Assembly: GCF_009914755.1 (NCBI RefSeq)
Contig: NC_060928.1
DNA length: 64,000 nt
Origin: the human T2T-CHM13v2.0 reference genome, Homo sapiens
Direction: 5' to 3' (one strand)
Under the pieces are notes generated by a model, which saw only the letters and a program-made list of their open reading frames with translations, did no database searches and had not been told where the DNA came from. The position numbers and the translations under genes were made by a program. This document shows, in pieces, positions 38,333-52,044 of this stretch (its first letter is position 1; every line of letters begins with the position of its first letter).

Positions 38333-38709
38333 TATACTTTCCAAAGGTCTAAGGAATTTTGTAGAAAACGTATTGTTATTTACAGTTAATTTAATCAATT
38401 TTGAGCAGATAACAAACTGTAAGTTGACAATTTCTAAAGTTGGTTGAAACATTTTCAGGAATTCATGAAAAGGATGTGTATTAGCTATTTTTCTCTAAAT
38501 GTCAACTAGGTCAAGTTGACATCTAATTTGACATCTAATTCTTCTATATTCTGAAAGTATTTTTGTCTATTTCTATAATTTGCTGAGGGAGTTTTTTTTT
38601 TATTTCTACCATTAATCTGTCAGATTTTGATGCTCTGATTTTAAGTGCATACATATTTGTGATTCTTATGTCTTCTTGATTAATAAGTACTATTATTGAC
38701 ATGTGATAT

Positions 38710-40165
38710 TGGTGGCAGCAGAGGGCTACCTGGTGCGGCTGCTGTCAACACACCAGCTGCTGAAGGGCGCCAGGAGGAGGCAGACAGCCCATCCCCCGCA
38801 TCCCGCCACCCTGACGCCAGGGCGATGGTCCGTGGCAGAATCTCCCACCGCTGGGGGAGCGGCTCAGAGGGGCAGCAGCCAGGTTGGTGGGGCAGGGAGT
38901 GTCTTCAGTACAGAGCTTAGGCCGCACTGTTGGGGCCTGGGGTAGGAAGTGGGAGTGGTGCCGGCTTCAGGGACCCGGCCGCTGCCCCGCTGCCCCGACC
39001 AAGGGTGCCAGATTCCTGGGCTTCAGGAGGAGTCTCTGTGCAGGGCCGCCTGGGGCCGTGTCCCCAGGGTCTGTCTGGCGTCAGGGTGACTGCTGAGCCT
39101 TCTACTCCCGATGGCTCGGCCCGGGGAGTGATCCACTCTGCCCCGGGTCACCGCTGAGTGCCAGGGAAACGGGCTGCTCATGGCAATATTGCCCCTGCCC
39201 TGGACGCCAGCCGGGGCCCAGCAAGGATCAGGAGCCCCTGCCCCAGGCTGCGAGGGGGCGCAGCTGAGGCTGCATGCTCCAGGGAGCAAACAGGCAGGAG
39301 TGCTGCCCTTCTGGGTGCCACTGCAGCCACCGAAACCACGGCTGCAAAACTGTGCCTCCTTCTCTACAGAGCAGTCAGGAACTCCCCCACCCCACCATAC
39401 AGCTGCAGCTGCCCAAACCTGCAGCTGCAGCCTCAGGCATTCCTGCAGTCTTGGGGGCCCGGGAAGGCCCTCCCTGCCCTTGCAGACTAGGAATTGCCTG
39501 CTCCCACTGCCTGGCTTCTCCCTGCTGTTCGCTCCTGCTCTGATATAGGAGCAAAGTTGGGGCCAAGCCTAGGTGCCATGAATGGCAGCAGGAGGCAAAG
39601 TTTCCTGGGTGGAAGAGAGCAGGTCCCCAGTAAGGCCCCCGCTTCAGGCCAGGAAGGACCTGAAGGCTTGGGGCCAGGCTGCCAGGCCCGTGGACCAGAG
39701 GAGGGACTTGTGGTGCCGTTTTCAGGCCTGCCCATTGCTGCCCATAGACCAACTGGCACGCACTTCCTGCCCTCTGATGTCCATAAAAATCCCCAGGCTC
39801 AGCCAGAGCAGGGCAGAGGACAGAGAGACGATGGAATGACCAGCTGCCAAAAGGAGCTACCTTTTCTGCTGAGACTTGGGAAGACAACCGGACGACCAGC
39901 TGCAGAAAGGGTCCACCAACCACAGGGCCTCTCTGTTGACAGCTGAACACTCCAGAAGACAACCTGCCTACGGAGGAGGAGCTACCAACTGCAGGTCTCC
40001 TCTGAGCTATTGCAAAGCTTAATAAAGCTCCCCTTCGTCTTGCTCACCCTCCACATCTCTGTATACCTCATTCCTGCTGGACGCAGGACAAGAACTTGGG
40101 CAAAGGCGCCACCAGCCACAGAGGTTTCCCACCAGAAAAAGCAACACCCCCCAAATCCAGTAACA
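38710..40165 (+). mobile_element. MER52-family (ERV1) GC-rich solo LTR
   Basis: tggtggcagcag...ccagtaaca; aataaa at 40021 then 'gctccccttcgtcttgctcaccctccac'; abrupt GC shift; TSD-like gatat/tatat. Confidence 0.85.
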
Positions 40166-40299
40166 TATATACCTCTTGTAAAACTATAAATCTTTAAGTC
40201 TAATTGTCTATTAAGATTATAGCTCTTCTAGCTTTCTTATGCTTATTTTCTGCATGGGTTTGATATATTTTATTACTTCACTTTCTATGCTTACTTTTA

Positions 40300-42560
40300 T
40301 CAAATTCATGGAGGCATAATTTACTGAATCAATTTATAGTACAAAATTCCAACAGTTTTGACATATATACTCAGCCACAAGACCACTACTACAATCAAGA
40401 TATAAAACATTTCCATCATTCCAAAAAGGTTTTACTGGCCACTTTGCAATCCATCCATCTCTCCTGTATTCCCAGCTCCAGGCAACCTCTGATTTGCTGA
40501 GGGTCACTGTAAGTTTGTTTGTAGTTTCTAGACTTGTATGTAAATAGAAACATATGACATTTGTTTCCGGCTTCCTTTACTTAGCGTATGGTTTCAAAAT
40601 GTACCCATGTGTCAATAATGATTTATTTCCATTAATGAGCAAGCTCGGTGAATACATTTTGTCTGTTCACCTAGTGATGGACACTTATATTGCAGCCAGT
40701 TTTTGATGGTTGAGAATAAAGCTTCTGTTGAGATTTGTGTATAAATCATAATATTAAATATGTTCATGTCCCTTGAGTAAATACAAATAAATCAAATGTC
40801 TGGTTTATAGGAACAATGTTGTTTAAATATGTTTGAAACTACTAAACAGTTTTCCAAAGTAGTTTTATGATTCTACATCCTCAGCAGTAGGATATGTAAA
40901 TTTATTTTCCTCTACACCTTCATAAATTTTAGAACTAAGTTTTTCTGTAATTTTATGTTACTGTTATTTTATTTCCTATTTGCAGAATGACTAATAATAT
41001 TGAAATTTTTGTGTATTTATATGCAAAGTGTTGCCTTTTTTGAAGTGTTTTATAAAATTTTGGCAAATGTTTTGGTAATTTTTTTGAGTTGTAATTATTT
41101 TGTACACATGTTGGATTTAAACCCTTTGTCAAATATATAAACTGTATTTCACAGCATTCTATATTTTGCCTTTTAATTACCTTTTTGAAGTTTTTTGAAA
41201 GCAAAAATATGTTTTTAAAAAAATTTGACCAAAGGTAATTCATCAATATTGCTCTTCATAGTATTTTCTTGTGTCCTAACTAGAGAAATCTTTATTTTTT
41301 TCCCCCAAGGCCATTACGTTTTTTTCTCTATTTTTTCTCTAGAAATTTATAGTGATAGCTCTCTTGTTTGTCTGTAATATACCATGTGTTAGTTTTTTTT
41401 GTATGATGTGAGATAAAAATTAATGCTGATTTTTTTTCTGTGTAAACATATAGTTTTTCTAGAACCATTAGAAGAAAGGCATATCTTTCCCTATTGTGGT
41501 TTTTCTGATTTTCATAAAAAACTGACCACATGCATGTTGGTCTCTTTCTGTACTCCAATCTATACCATTAATCTGTATATTTATGTTTTGCCCAATCCAC
41601 CCTATCTTAATTATTGAAGCTTTATACTACTATTTGTTAAAATGTAATGCAAGTTCTTCAACTTTCTGTCCTCTTTGTTAAAAGGGTTTCCTATTCTAGG
41701 ATGTTTGCATTGCCATATAAATTTTAGAATCAAATTGTCAATTTCTAAGTGAGAACACTGAAAGTATAAGTCAAATTGTGGAAAACATCTCAATATTAAG
41801 CTTTCCGTCATATAAGTGATATTTTTTACTTAGATCTTTAATTGTTCTCAGTAATGTTGTGTATTTTCATTATAAAGATTTTACACATATTTGCTAAATT
41901 TATTTCTAAGTAGTTTAATTTTTATAAAATTATAAATGCTATTTTAAAAATTTTATTTTCTAATTGTTACTCATATGGAAAAATATTATGATTTTTAAAT
42001 GGCATTTTTTGCTGTCGTACTGCATTATTTATGATTTTGGCCTTTATTTTAGGTTCGGGAGTACATGTGAAAGCTTGTTACATAGGTAAATCTCGTGGGA
42101 GTTTGTTGTACATATTATTTCATCCCCTGGGTATTATTCCTAGTACCCCATAGTTATCTTTTCTGCTCATACTGCCAAGTTTAAGTTGTCATTACTTTGT
42201 AGGTTTTATAGAATCTTCCACATAGTCATGTCTACTGTGATATGAGAGTTTCATTTTTTAGTTCTATTTTTAATACTTTTATTACCTTTCTCCTCTTCTT
42301 AACGCAAAAGCTGCAATCTCCATTACAATGTTGAATCGAAGTGGTAAAATCAAGCTTTCTCAATATGGTCCTGATACTAAGTATAATATTAGCTATAGAT
42401 GCCCTTGAATATATTGTGGAATTTCTCCTATACTTCTAATTTGCTAAGAGCTTTTATTATGAATGATTGTGAACTATTTATAATGCTTTTTCTGTATCAC
42501 TTGAACATAACATTGTTTTTCTCCCTTTATTCTGTCATAGTAATGTAATGGTAAATTACA
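40300..42560 (-). mobile_element. L1ME/MD-like 3' end and ORF2 remnant
   Basis: 'accactactacaatcaagatataaaacatttccatca', 'ccatataaattttagaatcaaattgtcaatttc'. Confidence 0.7.
42030..42168 (-). mobile_element. Short 5'-truncated old L1PA 3' end nested in L1M
   Basis: 'tttattttaggttcgggagtacatgtg...ttgttacataggtaaa...tagttatcttttctgctc'; TSD-like cgtactgc/catactgc. Confidence 0.75.
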
Positions 42561-42590
42561 TTAGGAGAGCTGTTTTAAAATTTCACAATT

Positions 42591-42876
42591 TTTGGGAGGC
42601 CAAAGCGGGCAGATCACAAGGTCAGGAGATCGAGAACATCCTGGCTAACACAGTGAAAACCCGTCTCTACTAAAAATACAAAAAATTAGCCACGGGTGGT
42701 GGCATGCACCTGTAGTCCCAGCTACTTGGGAGGCTGAGGCAGGAGAATTGCTTCAACTCGGGAGGCAGAGGTTGCAGTGAGCCAAGATCGCGCTACTGCA
42801 CCTGGCTTGGGCAACAGAGTGAGACTCTGTCTCAAAAAAAAAAAAAAAAAAAAAAAAAAGAAAAAAGGAAAAAAAA
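42591..42876 (+). mobile_element. 5'-truncated Alu (AluSc/Y-type) with long A tail
   Basis: 'gatcacaaggtcaggagatcgagaacatcctggctaacac'; TSD core tcacaatttt on both sides. Confidence 0.95.
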
Positions 42877-44944
42877 GATATCACAATTTTTACTGAATCT
42901 TAGCTTATTTTAACAATGCCTAAATTGGATAAACATCATCTTATGGAAAATATGTTTAATAAGTGAAAGAAAACCAGAAAATTAAATCAATATTTTCTGG
43001 AAGCTAAACAATAACAATTTAACAGAACTTTATAAGTAGTGATATACAGTTACTCAGTCTTCGTACAAGTTGTTTCTCGTGAAAGTTTATCTCTTTATAT
43101 TTAATATAGTTGAACTAGTGATTATAGTTAGCATATACTATTTTATTACAAGTGGCTTGCTGAGAATAACATGTTGACAATTTCACTGAGGTTTCCAATG
43201 TAACATAATATAGTCACAGAAAAAGTGAAAAGTGAACATGAAAAGACAAAATATTAAAAGAAAATGAAAAGGAAACAGTGAAAGGATATTCAAATATCAT
43301 GTGTGTAAAGACTTGAATTCCTCAGAGAAAGCTTTCTTGATTATGATACTCTTTGCTATATTGGATTGTTATATATATTGATCTCTTAATATTTTAAGGA
43401 TATTACGTTTGTGTTCAGGAAAAATATTAATGTATAATTTTCTTTCTTTTTATGAAGTATCATTTTCAAGTTTTAGAATTAGGGCAATCTTAGTCTCTCA
43501 AAATGAGATGGGGAGAGATTCTTTCTCTATTTTCTGAGAGAATTGCTGTTTTATTTATTTTTTTCTTCCTTGACTATTAGGCCTATTCTTTTTCTTATTC
43601 TTTTGTTGGTATTGTGTTACAAAGAGTTTAATTCGTAAACAATCTATAATTAAACAAAGAGCTTAATTTATAAACTATCTTAGATTTTTTGCTTCATCTT
43701 GTGTCATTTTTAACAATTGTATCTTAAAATAAATTTGTTCAGTATGTCCAATTTATTTGCATGAAGCTTTTCATAATATTTTCAACTGCCCTTTGAATAA
43801 TTGTAGCCTCTCTGGTGTAAGCCTCTTTTTTATTCCTATTATTTGTGATTAATTTACTCTCTGTCTAGATTATGCTTTTTAAAAATGAATCTATCGATAT
43901 GCTTAAAATGTTTTTTATGAAGAACCTCCTTTAGACTATGTTGATTTTCTCTATTGTTTGACTATCTTCTGTTTTTCTAAAAAATTTTCTGCTTTTATCT
44001 GTATTTGTTCTTTTATTCTACACACTTTGAACTCACTCTCTTTTTTTTCTAGTTTCTTACATTTTATATTTTATCTTTAATCACTGATTTTAGCCCTATT
44101 TTCTTTTCCATATAAGCGCTAACACTTAAAAATGTTTCTCAAATCACCGGTTTAGACACATTTTCCATATTGAAGGTAGTTTTCTCAATGGTCTCTCTTT
44201 GAGCACTTGAAAACAGAAGATGATAAGGTTCTCAGGGTGCAGGGCTATAAGACAGAAAAAGCCTATTTTCTTGAATCACTGTATGGAAGAGAGACACCCA
44301 TCAACAAAGAGCATATCAGCCTTAGACTGTTGAGTGAACAAGAAGAAAATATCTATTGTCTTTTAGCTTTATTTATTTTTGGCTTGTTTTTGATAGCAGT
44401 TTAGTATATCTTAATTAATGTAAAGTGCAATCAGGCCTTAAAACTAAAAATGTTATAATGTAGCTACATGTTGCAAGACTAGCTAAACATGGGTTGAGAG
44501 TGAACCAGATGACTGAAGAGCCTCAAATAGCTCTGGGACAAGATGTTTCAATGAAGCCCTTGAGATTACAAAATAATGATCCAAAAATATTTATGACGCA
44601 TCTCTTATATAAGTCACCTATGTAAGTACTAGAGATGCAATTAGGATAGATACATACAGAATATAGGTTGTGCACTACTATACAACTCACCGAAGTCTCA
44701 TTTAGACTATGTGGGACACAGCATAGTTCTCATAGACTACGATGACAATTGTGCACTTAGAATTATAAGCACTTGATGAGCTACCTACAATAGTGAATCA
44801 AGCAAACAATCTTATTGCTTTTATAACATTTAAAATCTAAAGAAAAATAGGCAATAATTTAATTTACAAATGCATATAAAGTATAAATATTTGATTGTAG
44901 TAAGTTTTAGGAATAAAAATTTAGCATAGGAATGGCATAATCAT

Positions 44945-45225
44945 GGTTGGGCACCGTGGCTCACACCTGTAATCCCAGCACTTTGGGAGGCGGCGGGAAA
45001 TTTGCTTGAGGCAAGGAGATTAAGACCAGCCTGGGAAACATAGCAAAATATCCCTCCAACAATGCAAACTTACCCTGGCGTGTTGGTGCATGCCTGTAGT
45101 TCCAGCTAGTCAGGTGGCTGAGGCAGGTGGATCACTTGAGCCCAGAATATCAAGGCTGCAGTGAGCCAAGATGGAGCCATTATACTTCAGCCTTGGTGAC
45201 AGAGTGAGACCCTATCTCACAGAAA
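44945..45225 (+). mobile_element. AluJ
   Basis: 'ttgcttgaggcaaggagattaagaccagcctgggaaacatagc', 'gatcacttgagcccagaatatcaaggctgcagtgagc'. Confidence 0.92.
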
Positions 45226-47699
45226 TAGAGTAATCATGATAATGATAAAATATGGTAATTTCTATAGGGTTTCCAGAGAAACCCTCATAATGGGAGTAGT
45301 ATGTGAGTAAAACTTGAACTGATATGAGATACTATATGACTATTTGAGGGAAATTCATTTTAGGTACGGGAAACACAAGTATAATAGCCTGAATAATGGC
45401 ATGTGCTTGGTTCATATTCCATAAAGAACAAGAAAAGCAGTGTGGACAGGAGGTGGTGAGGGAGGTTGGCAATATTAGAAAATGAGTTTGAAGTGCTACA
45501 TATACTAAATAATGGAGGACTCTGTAGGTGTCCAAGGCCTTCAGAATTTAATTTTAATGGAAAATTAACAGTGTGAGAAGGCATTCCATAATCAAATTAA
45601 CAAAATATTTGTAGAAATAGGAAATACTCAATATTTTCTGATGTTGCTGAAAAGTAATGAAAGATAAACACTGTAAGTTGTGATTTGGCTTAGGATTCTA
45701 AAAATTTTAATTAACTCACTAATGTTTCCTTATGAAATAAAATTAGTCTGAGAATTGAAAGGAGTCCATCATTAAGTATCAGCTATTCTGACGCCATCTA
45801 AACCAGATTATCTTTAAATTATGTCTATGGCATTTTATGTAACAAACTTTGAATTCTAAAGAAAAAGAATCAAGTTTGTTTTACTGAGAGTAATATTTTC
45901 TTGACTGAGAAAGATTATGTTTGGAGGTCTTGAACCATTCCTCCAGCTAAGAAAATGGCCTTCAAAGAAAGGAAGTCTAATCAGTCTAATGAGCTGATTT
46001 CTATGTAGTATGCTTGGAAATACAAACTCAGGCATGAAAATATTCAATAATATTCTGAGCATTTAATCTGACTCTAGCAATCTCTTCTAGCAGGCCAGAA
46101 AGATATGCTAAAAATCATCCTAGTTAGGGGTAAAAATTTTGAAAACTCCCATAGGCTTTTTAATAGTGAATATAGGTTATTTATATCATTGTATATGGAG
46201 GTGCATAATGCTCTAATAAAAAGAAAATTTGCCATTAACTTTAGAAATGGCAAATTGGTCTGTAGCAAATTGTGTTCATGAAGTGAGTCATGTAGTCAAT
46301 AGGTCTGGGACAATATTTTTATAGGTACCCCTGAGGCTCTTTATGTTTTTCAGAATTGTCTATCTTGTCAATAGCACACAGGAGGCTTTCTTTGTTTGGC
46401 AGATGTAAGTTTGACTAGGATACTTAATCAGTGTCAGCTCTTTTCCAAGGGCCATGAGCTTTCTTACCAAAAAGCACAATTGCTGAAACTCAATACAAGC
46501 CTGTGAACTGAATTTTACGTGTAGGCATCAGTCAGAGTGAGGACATGCTAAGGGCCCGGATATAGTGGATTACAGCTGGCAGCCACTTGTCAGATATGAA
46601 TGATCATTTTTGTACTCAAGTGACAGAGACTAGACTCATGTTTCTGTCATGCAAAAAAGTAAAAGGACCAATGTAGAAATTCCTTTCCCTCTCACAATTC
46701 ATGGGTGTACAGTTTAGGAATCCCAATATCCCTAAAAGTGAAGGCACTATAGTAGATAAAGAAGAATACCAACTTACCTAGCGAAACTCCAAACGTCAGT
46801 GAAATTAAAAATAAGCAAAATAAAAAGACATCCAGAATGAGTGATTCCAAGTGAAAAAATTGTCGAGAAAACCTATAACCAATTCATGAATCAGTCTATC
46901 AATCAGTTAAGAGAGCACATAAGGAAACAATTATATTGTTTCCTTCACATTCACTTATTTTTTTCAACACTCACTTATTAGTTCAACAAATAGTTCAACA
47001 GATATTTGTTAATACTCTACCACAAGTGAAGTTTTTAGGGATTCAAAACAAACCACTTTTTCTAAATAGAAGAATCTAGTGTTGCTAGATTTCACATGGC
47101 TGTCACCTCTAGTAAACATAAAAATGGAGAAAACACATCCAATCAAATTAAAATTTTTAAAATTATAATGCATGTGTGTTTGTGTGTGTGTATTTAATCC
47201 AGATATACAGATGATACTATAGATGAATTCTTATTTGGCATAGAGAGAAATGAGCTCAGCAGCAACTTACCCTTTCTGAAATTCAATGTTGGATGTGTTG
47301 GGAAATGGAACTAAATGTAAGGTAGGTTGCATCTTCATGGCATTTATAATATATTTGGTATAGTGTGGTTACAAATGCATACAATTAGGAAATATAAGAT
47401 AATTACTAAAATTAGGTGAAGGACAATTAATGCTAAGATCAGATCTCATAAATAATACAGTGCATCCTAGAACAGGCACAAATAAGTCAGGAAAATAAAA
47501 GCTAACCTATGATGTAGAGAGAGAAATAAACAGCAAATGTTTTTCCCTGAAAGTGTGTTCAACCATTCTCTAATTTTTGTATTGAGAAAATTTAGCACTA
47601 ATAAAAATGCTTAAGTATCACCAAAGGTTAATTTTAAGAGAATGTCAAATTTATGAAAATAGTTATAGACTCAGAGAATACTTAAGTATATAGCTTTGT

Positions 47700-48185
47700 C
47701 ACCTGACAGGGCCTAAGGGCAGTGACTGCAGTAGTAACAAGCACAGTTAATCTTAGTTTTAATACTAATTTCCAATAAAAAAAATGAGAACTCTTTGGAG
47801 AAGCAGCTTATTCTGTGACTGAGTCAGGAAACACAGTAGATGAACTTGGATCATCTTGTAGTGTGAGAAAGTAAAGAAATATTTTTCAAAACTAAAAGAA
47901 TGATGGGGATATGTCAAAGGGACACAGGAAAGAAGCCAAATTGAAAGAATCCCTAATGGTTAAAGTTGGAATAATGTGAACCATAATAAATAAAATAATA
48001 GTATTGGATTATACCCCAAAATATAAAATAAATATCCATGTTCTCATACTGATATAATACAAGATTGAATAAATAAATAATGGGAGAGAATAGATAAATC
48101 TCAAGCACAGAAGAATTCCAAATGAATTATGTAACTACTCCATCCTTAGGAAGGATGAAGCATACCTCCCCTCCTCTTACATGTA
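47700..48185 (+). mobile_element. L1MC-type 3'UTR fragment
   Basis: 'atgtcaaagggacacagg', 'gtattggattataccccaaaatataaaataaatatccatg'. Confidence 0.6.
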
Positions 48186-48751
48186 GAACACATTGATATT
48201 TTGTAGATGATTTTTGTTTTCTGTCAGATTATGAAGATTTTCTTCTACTTTTAGTTTGCTCACAGTTTCTATCATTTATGCATTTTAATTTTGTCAAATT
48301 TGTTTTCCAAATCTATTTTAATTTCATGATATTTATCTTTTATTGTATCAAAATGTTCAATTACATAGACTGATTTACAGGTGTTAAAGTAACCTTACAT
48401 TCCAGGGATAAATCTTACTCAGTAAATGTGCTTTTTAAAAATATTTTTATATTGCCTAATTTAATTAGTTATTATTCTGATATGTTTTTAAGTATTTTAT
48501 ATAGATATTTATGATGGATATTGGTGTGTAATTTTCTGTCATTCTTCTTTCTCTCTCCTTTTAATTTTTTTAGTAGAATGTCTTTTTCAGTTGGAAAGGG
48601 TTCTCTCATTTTTTCCGACAAAGATTGTATATGACATTCGTTATTTATGCCTTAATATTAATAGGATCACAAGTGAAACCATATGTACTTAGAGTTTTCA
48701 TTATCAGAATGTCTTAAGCAACAAATTTCATGCCTGTATTGAGATCATGCT

Positions 48752-49225
48752 ATTGAAGAATTTAGGGTTATAACACCCCAAATTGCCTCAATCTGGCACA
48801 TCGATTATTTGGACCTCAAAGCACTTGAGAAGATAATTCTTATTATCAGTGACTGACAATTGATGCTGCAATGGACCTGTACAATAAATTTCCTAAAATA
48901 ACTTTTATATTCTGTCAACTTCACATGCTTTTGTATATCTCCTAATGACTCCCCTGGATTTACTGCCCCTAGCTCAGACCGCTATGTCTTGCCATTTTTT
49001 TTTCCCACAGAATTTATTATTCTTTGTCTATAAAGTATAAAAGCTTTTTGCTTTGGTCATTTCTCTGGGTCTTCTCTGTCTTGTGAAGATGTATATGTAA
49101 AATTAATAAAACTTACTTGGTTTTCTCTTGTTATCCCGTTTTGTATCAATTTGGTTCCCAGACCCAGTCAAAGATCCCATTTAAAAACTCATATAGGTAC
49201 AGGGGGTATTTAGGCTCCTCTCCAC
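48752..49225 (+). mobile_element. ERV1 solo LTR (MER34-like)
   Basis: 'caccccaaattgcc...ggcacatcgattatttggacctcaaagcacttgagaa', tataaaa ~49036, aataaa ~49105. Confidence 0.55.
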
Positions 49226-49830
49226 TGTAAATATATTTCATATTTTATTCTGTGCCAGGTTTGGCTAAATTGTAGTTTTTTTTACAATGTGTTTATCACC
49301 TATGTTGGTGAATTTGTTGTCATAAAGTAGCTATCAAAGACCTCTACTATTTTAATACCTGTCAAATCCATGAAGTTATATCTCTACATTCTCGTATCTT
49401 TCCTTCCTGACATTGGTAAACTTCATACTGTTTTTTTTTTCTTGGTTCATCTACTTACATATTTTTTTTTTAATTATCTTTATTGATCTTTTCAAAGAGT
49501 TAACTTTTGGCTTAATTAATTGTCTCTATTATTTGTCTCTTTCCTCTTTCTTCCAAGTTTTGGCTCACCTCCAGAATCTGCCGGCTTTTGTTTACTCTCA
49601 AATGCCATAAGTAAATTTGATTTTTGAATTTAGTCAAGAATTTATAATTGTTAAATATGGGAGAGTTGGGTCCAGTAGGATCTTAGCCATATCGGAGTTG
49701 GAAGCCAAACAGTGGCATTTTGAAATTTTTTAAAAAATACATCTCATATTGAAAAGTATGAATTAAATCTACATATCATGACAGATTGTTTCTAATATCA
49801 GCCATGAAAGAGTATTCAAGAAAACGTATT

Positions 49831-49928
49831 CATGACAGATAAACTTTATATTAAGCATCCAGATATGCTTAGCAATTGCTCTTTGCAGTTCAAATTTTCT
49901 GTGACACACAAAAACAAATGTTTAAAAT
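49831..49928 (+). repeat. 98-bp dispersed direct repeat, copy 1
   Basis: Ungapped match to 51947-52044, 14 mismatches by hand count. Confidence 0.92.
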
Positions 49929-51428
49929 ATTGTATTATTCAAGCATAATTCTATTCAAGCACTTGTATTAATGCACAATTGATAAACTAAGGACAATAAA
50001 TAAGTTTTAACATATGATTATTAAATAAAAATATTCTGAAATGCATTAAATATTTAGAAAAAGAGAGTAATGTATTACTCTTCTCTGTGTAGCTCATATA
50101 TATGAATTAATGACATTGATAGAATGAGTAAAAGTTAATCATTAGTTTATTCATTATTTTGGCATATGTGGACGCAAAAGAAATAAGCCATGTTCATATA
50201 ATTAAGTAGATTAGAATTAAAAGCATCAGATTATAATGTTTTCATTTACTTCTTTTAAATTTTTTGTGTTATATGCCAAAAATCATGTAAAAATAATATA
50301 AAATATTTTAATGGTCATATTCTAATTTTGGTAAACTCTAAAACTTTGAATTCTCCAAGTTTCAAAAGATTTATTACCAATTCATTGTTACAAAGTCATT
50401 GGCTGTTATCAGGAAAGTTACTCTTTAAATTAAAGGCATCTTTTTTAACCTGAAAAAATTCTCTAAAATATTGTTATTTTAAGTACTTCATGGTAAATAA
50501 TTTTGATAACATAGCTTTTAAAAATGCTTTCAATATAATTTCATAGAATTATTGTGGTTATAACTTAGCTCATTCAATTCATTGAAAATTATAGCACAAA
50601 ATTCAGTTGTGAAAGGCATATTTTCTTGCCAAACAAAAATCTGCCTTACTTTTCATTAGAAAACATATAATTTTATTATTAGCTTCAACAACTTTTAATA
50701 CTCATTTTTATGACAGCCATTTTACTTGTCAATTCTAAGAATATATGATCATGAATTTGATATGCAGATAAATATTTATCATGGGCCAATATACTTTAAT
50801 TTTAATATGAGGTTTAGTCTTTAGAAATTGAAAGATAAAAAGCTCTCCAGATTATTTAATATGTTCCTTGATTAAAGAAGTCTTTGCTCACATAAATATT
50901 GACTTTTAACTTGCTCCTTGGTTTCAGACCTTGGGACCACAGTGAAACACATGATAATAAAACTCATTTAATTGAGAGCTACAGATCTTTCTTCTACACA
51001 GTGGGGTAGCATAGTTGTGAAAGGTGAGGCGAGGAGAAAGACTGTGCCTAGTCTCTCAACTGAATACACATTCTCAGGCCTGTGCATTTTAGGTAGAATA
51101 TAGCTTGGAATCAATCATCTAGAAACTCATTGCTTTAACAATCTATGCTTATAGACTTCTTGAAAAGTTTTGTATTCACAGCCACGTACCCTACCTAACA
51201 AACATTGCTGGTCTTGATGAAAATAGCATAGCTGAAGCACATGAACTTATATAAATTTGAAGGTACTAGAAAGACAAAAAATAATGAGATAAGGACATGA
51301 CTAGATAAAAATTAAGACTTTTTGATACAAATCAGAAAAGTGTGTGTGTGTGTGTGTTATTCTACATATGTATATATAGTTATTAAATATAGTTATACAT
51401 ATAGTAATTATATATATAATAACTAGCA

Positions 51429-51525
51429 ATGCTTTAACACTTATGTTTATCAGCCTATCAGATATTTAAAATGAGTGATGTTTAACATTTTTATATGTTT
51501 ATCAGCCTATCAGCCATTTAAAAAT
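51429..51525. repeat. ~50-bp imperfect tandem duplication (core tatgtttatcagcctatcag)
   Basis: Read directly; lies at the edge of a degenerate L1 fragment. Confidence 0.8.
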
Positions 51526-51946
51526 CTTCCTTTACAAAGCTACTGTATGTTTTTATTCATTTTTGAACAGTTGCCTGTATCTTATTGATTTATAGGAACA
51601 TTTTATATATTCCCATCCACATTAAACCAGGGCAATAGTCTACTTTTTTTTTTATTCCTATTAAGTTAAGCTTTTGGCAAAAAGGACACAAATAAGAAAA
51701 GTGCCTTTTTAATGTATTGTTTTTATATCATAACCTTTAACTCTGGTATTTAATCTCCATTCCTCTTAGGCAGAATTTTACTTTTTCTACAGCTAAAATT
51801 TGCAAGACACTTGTCAACCACTTTAGTACTCAGGAGAGGGCCATGAGGTATATTCTAAGAGCTTGCCTCTATATTAATGAAGATATTACTAAATATAAGA
51901 CAAACTTACAATTCATTTTGTTCTTACTGAAGTAGTGTTCTTTTTC

Positions 51947-52044
51947 CATGACAGATAAACTTCATATTAAGGGCACAGATATGGTTTGTTATAGCTCTTT
52001 GCAGTTCAAATTTTCTGTGACACACTAAAAGAAACGCTTAAAAT
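51947..52044 (+). repeat. 98-bp dispersed direct repeat, copy 2
   Basis: Ungapped match to 49831-49928. Confidence 0.92.

Noticed and set aside
38696-39962. Cluster of overlapping ORFs up to 195 aa, gene-like by GC content
   Set aside because: All lie inside the GC-rich MER52 LTR, where stops are rare; no recognisable domain
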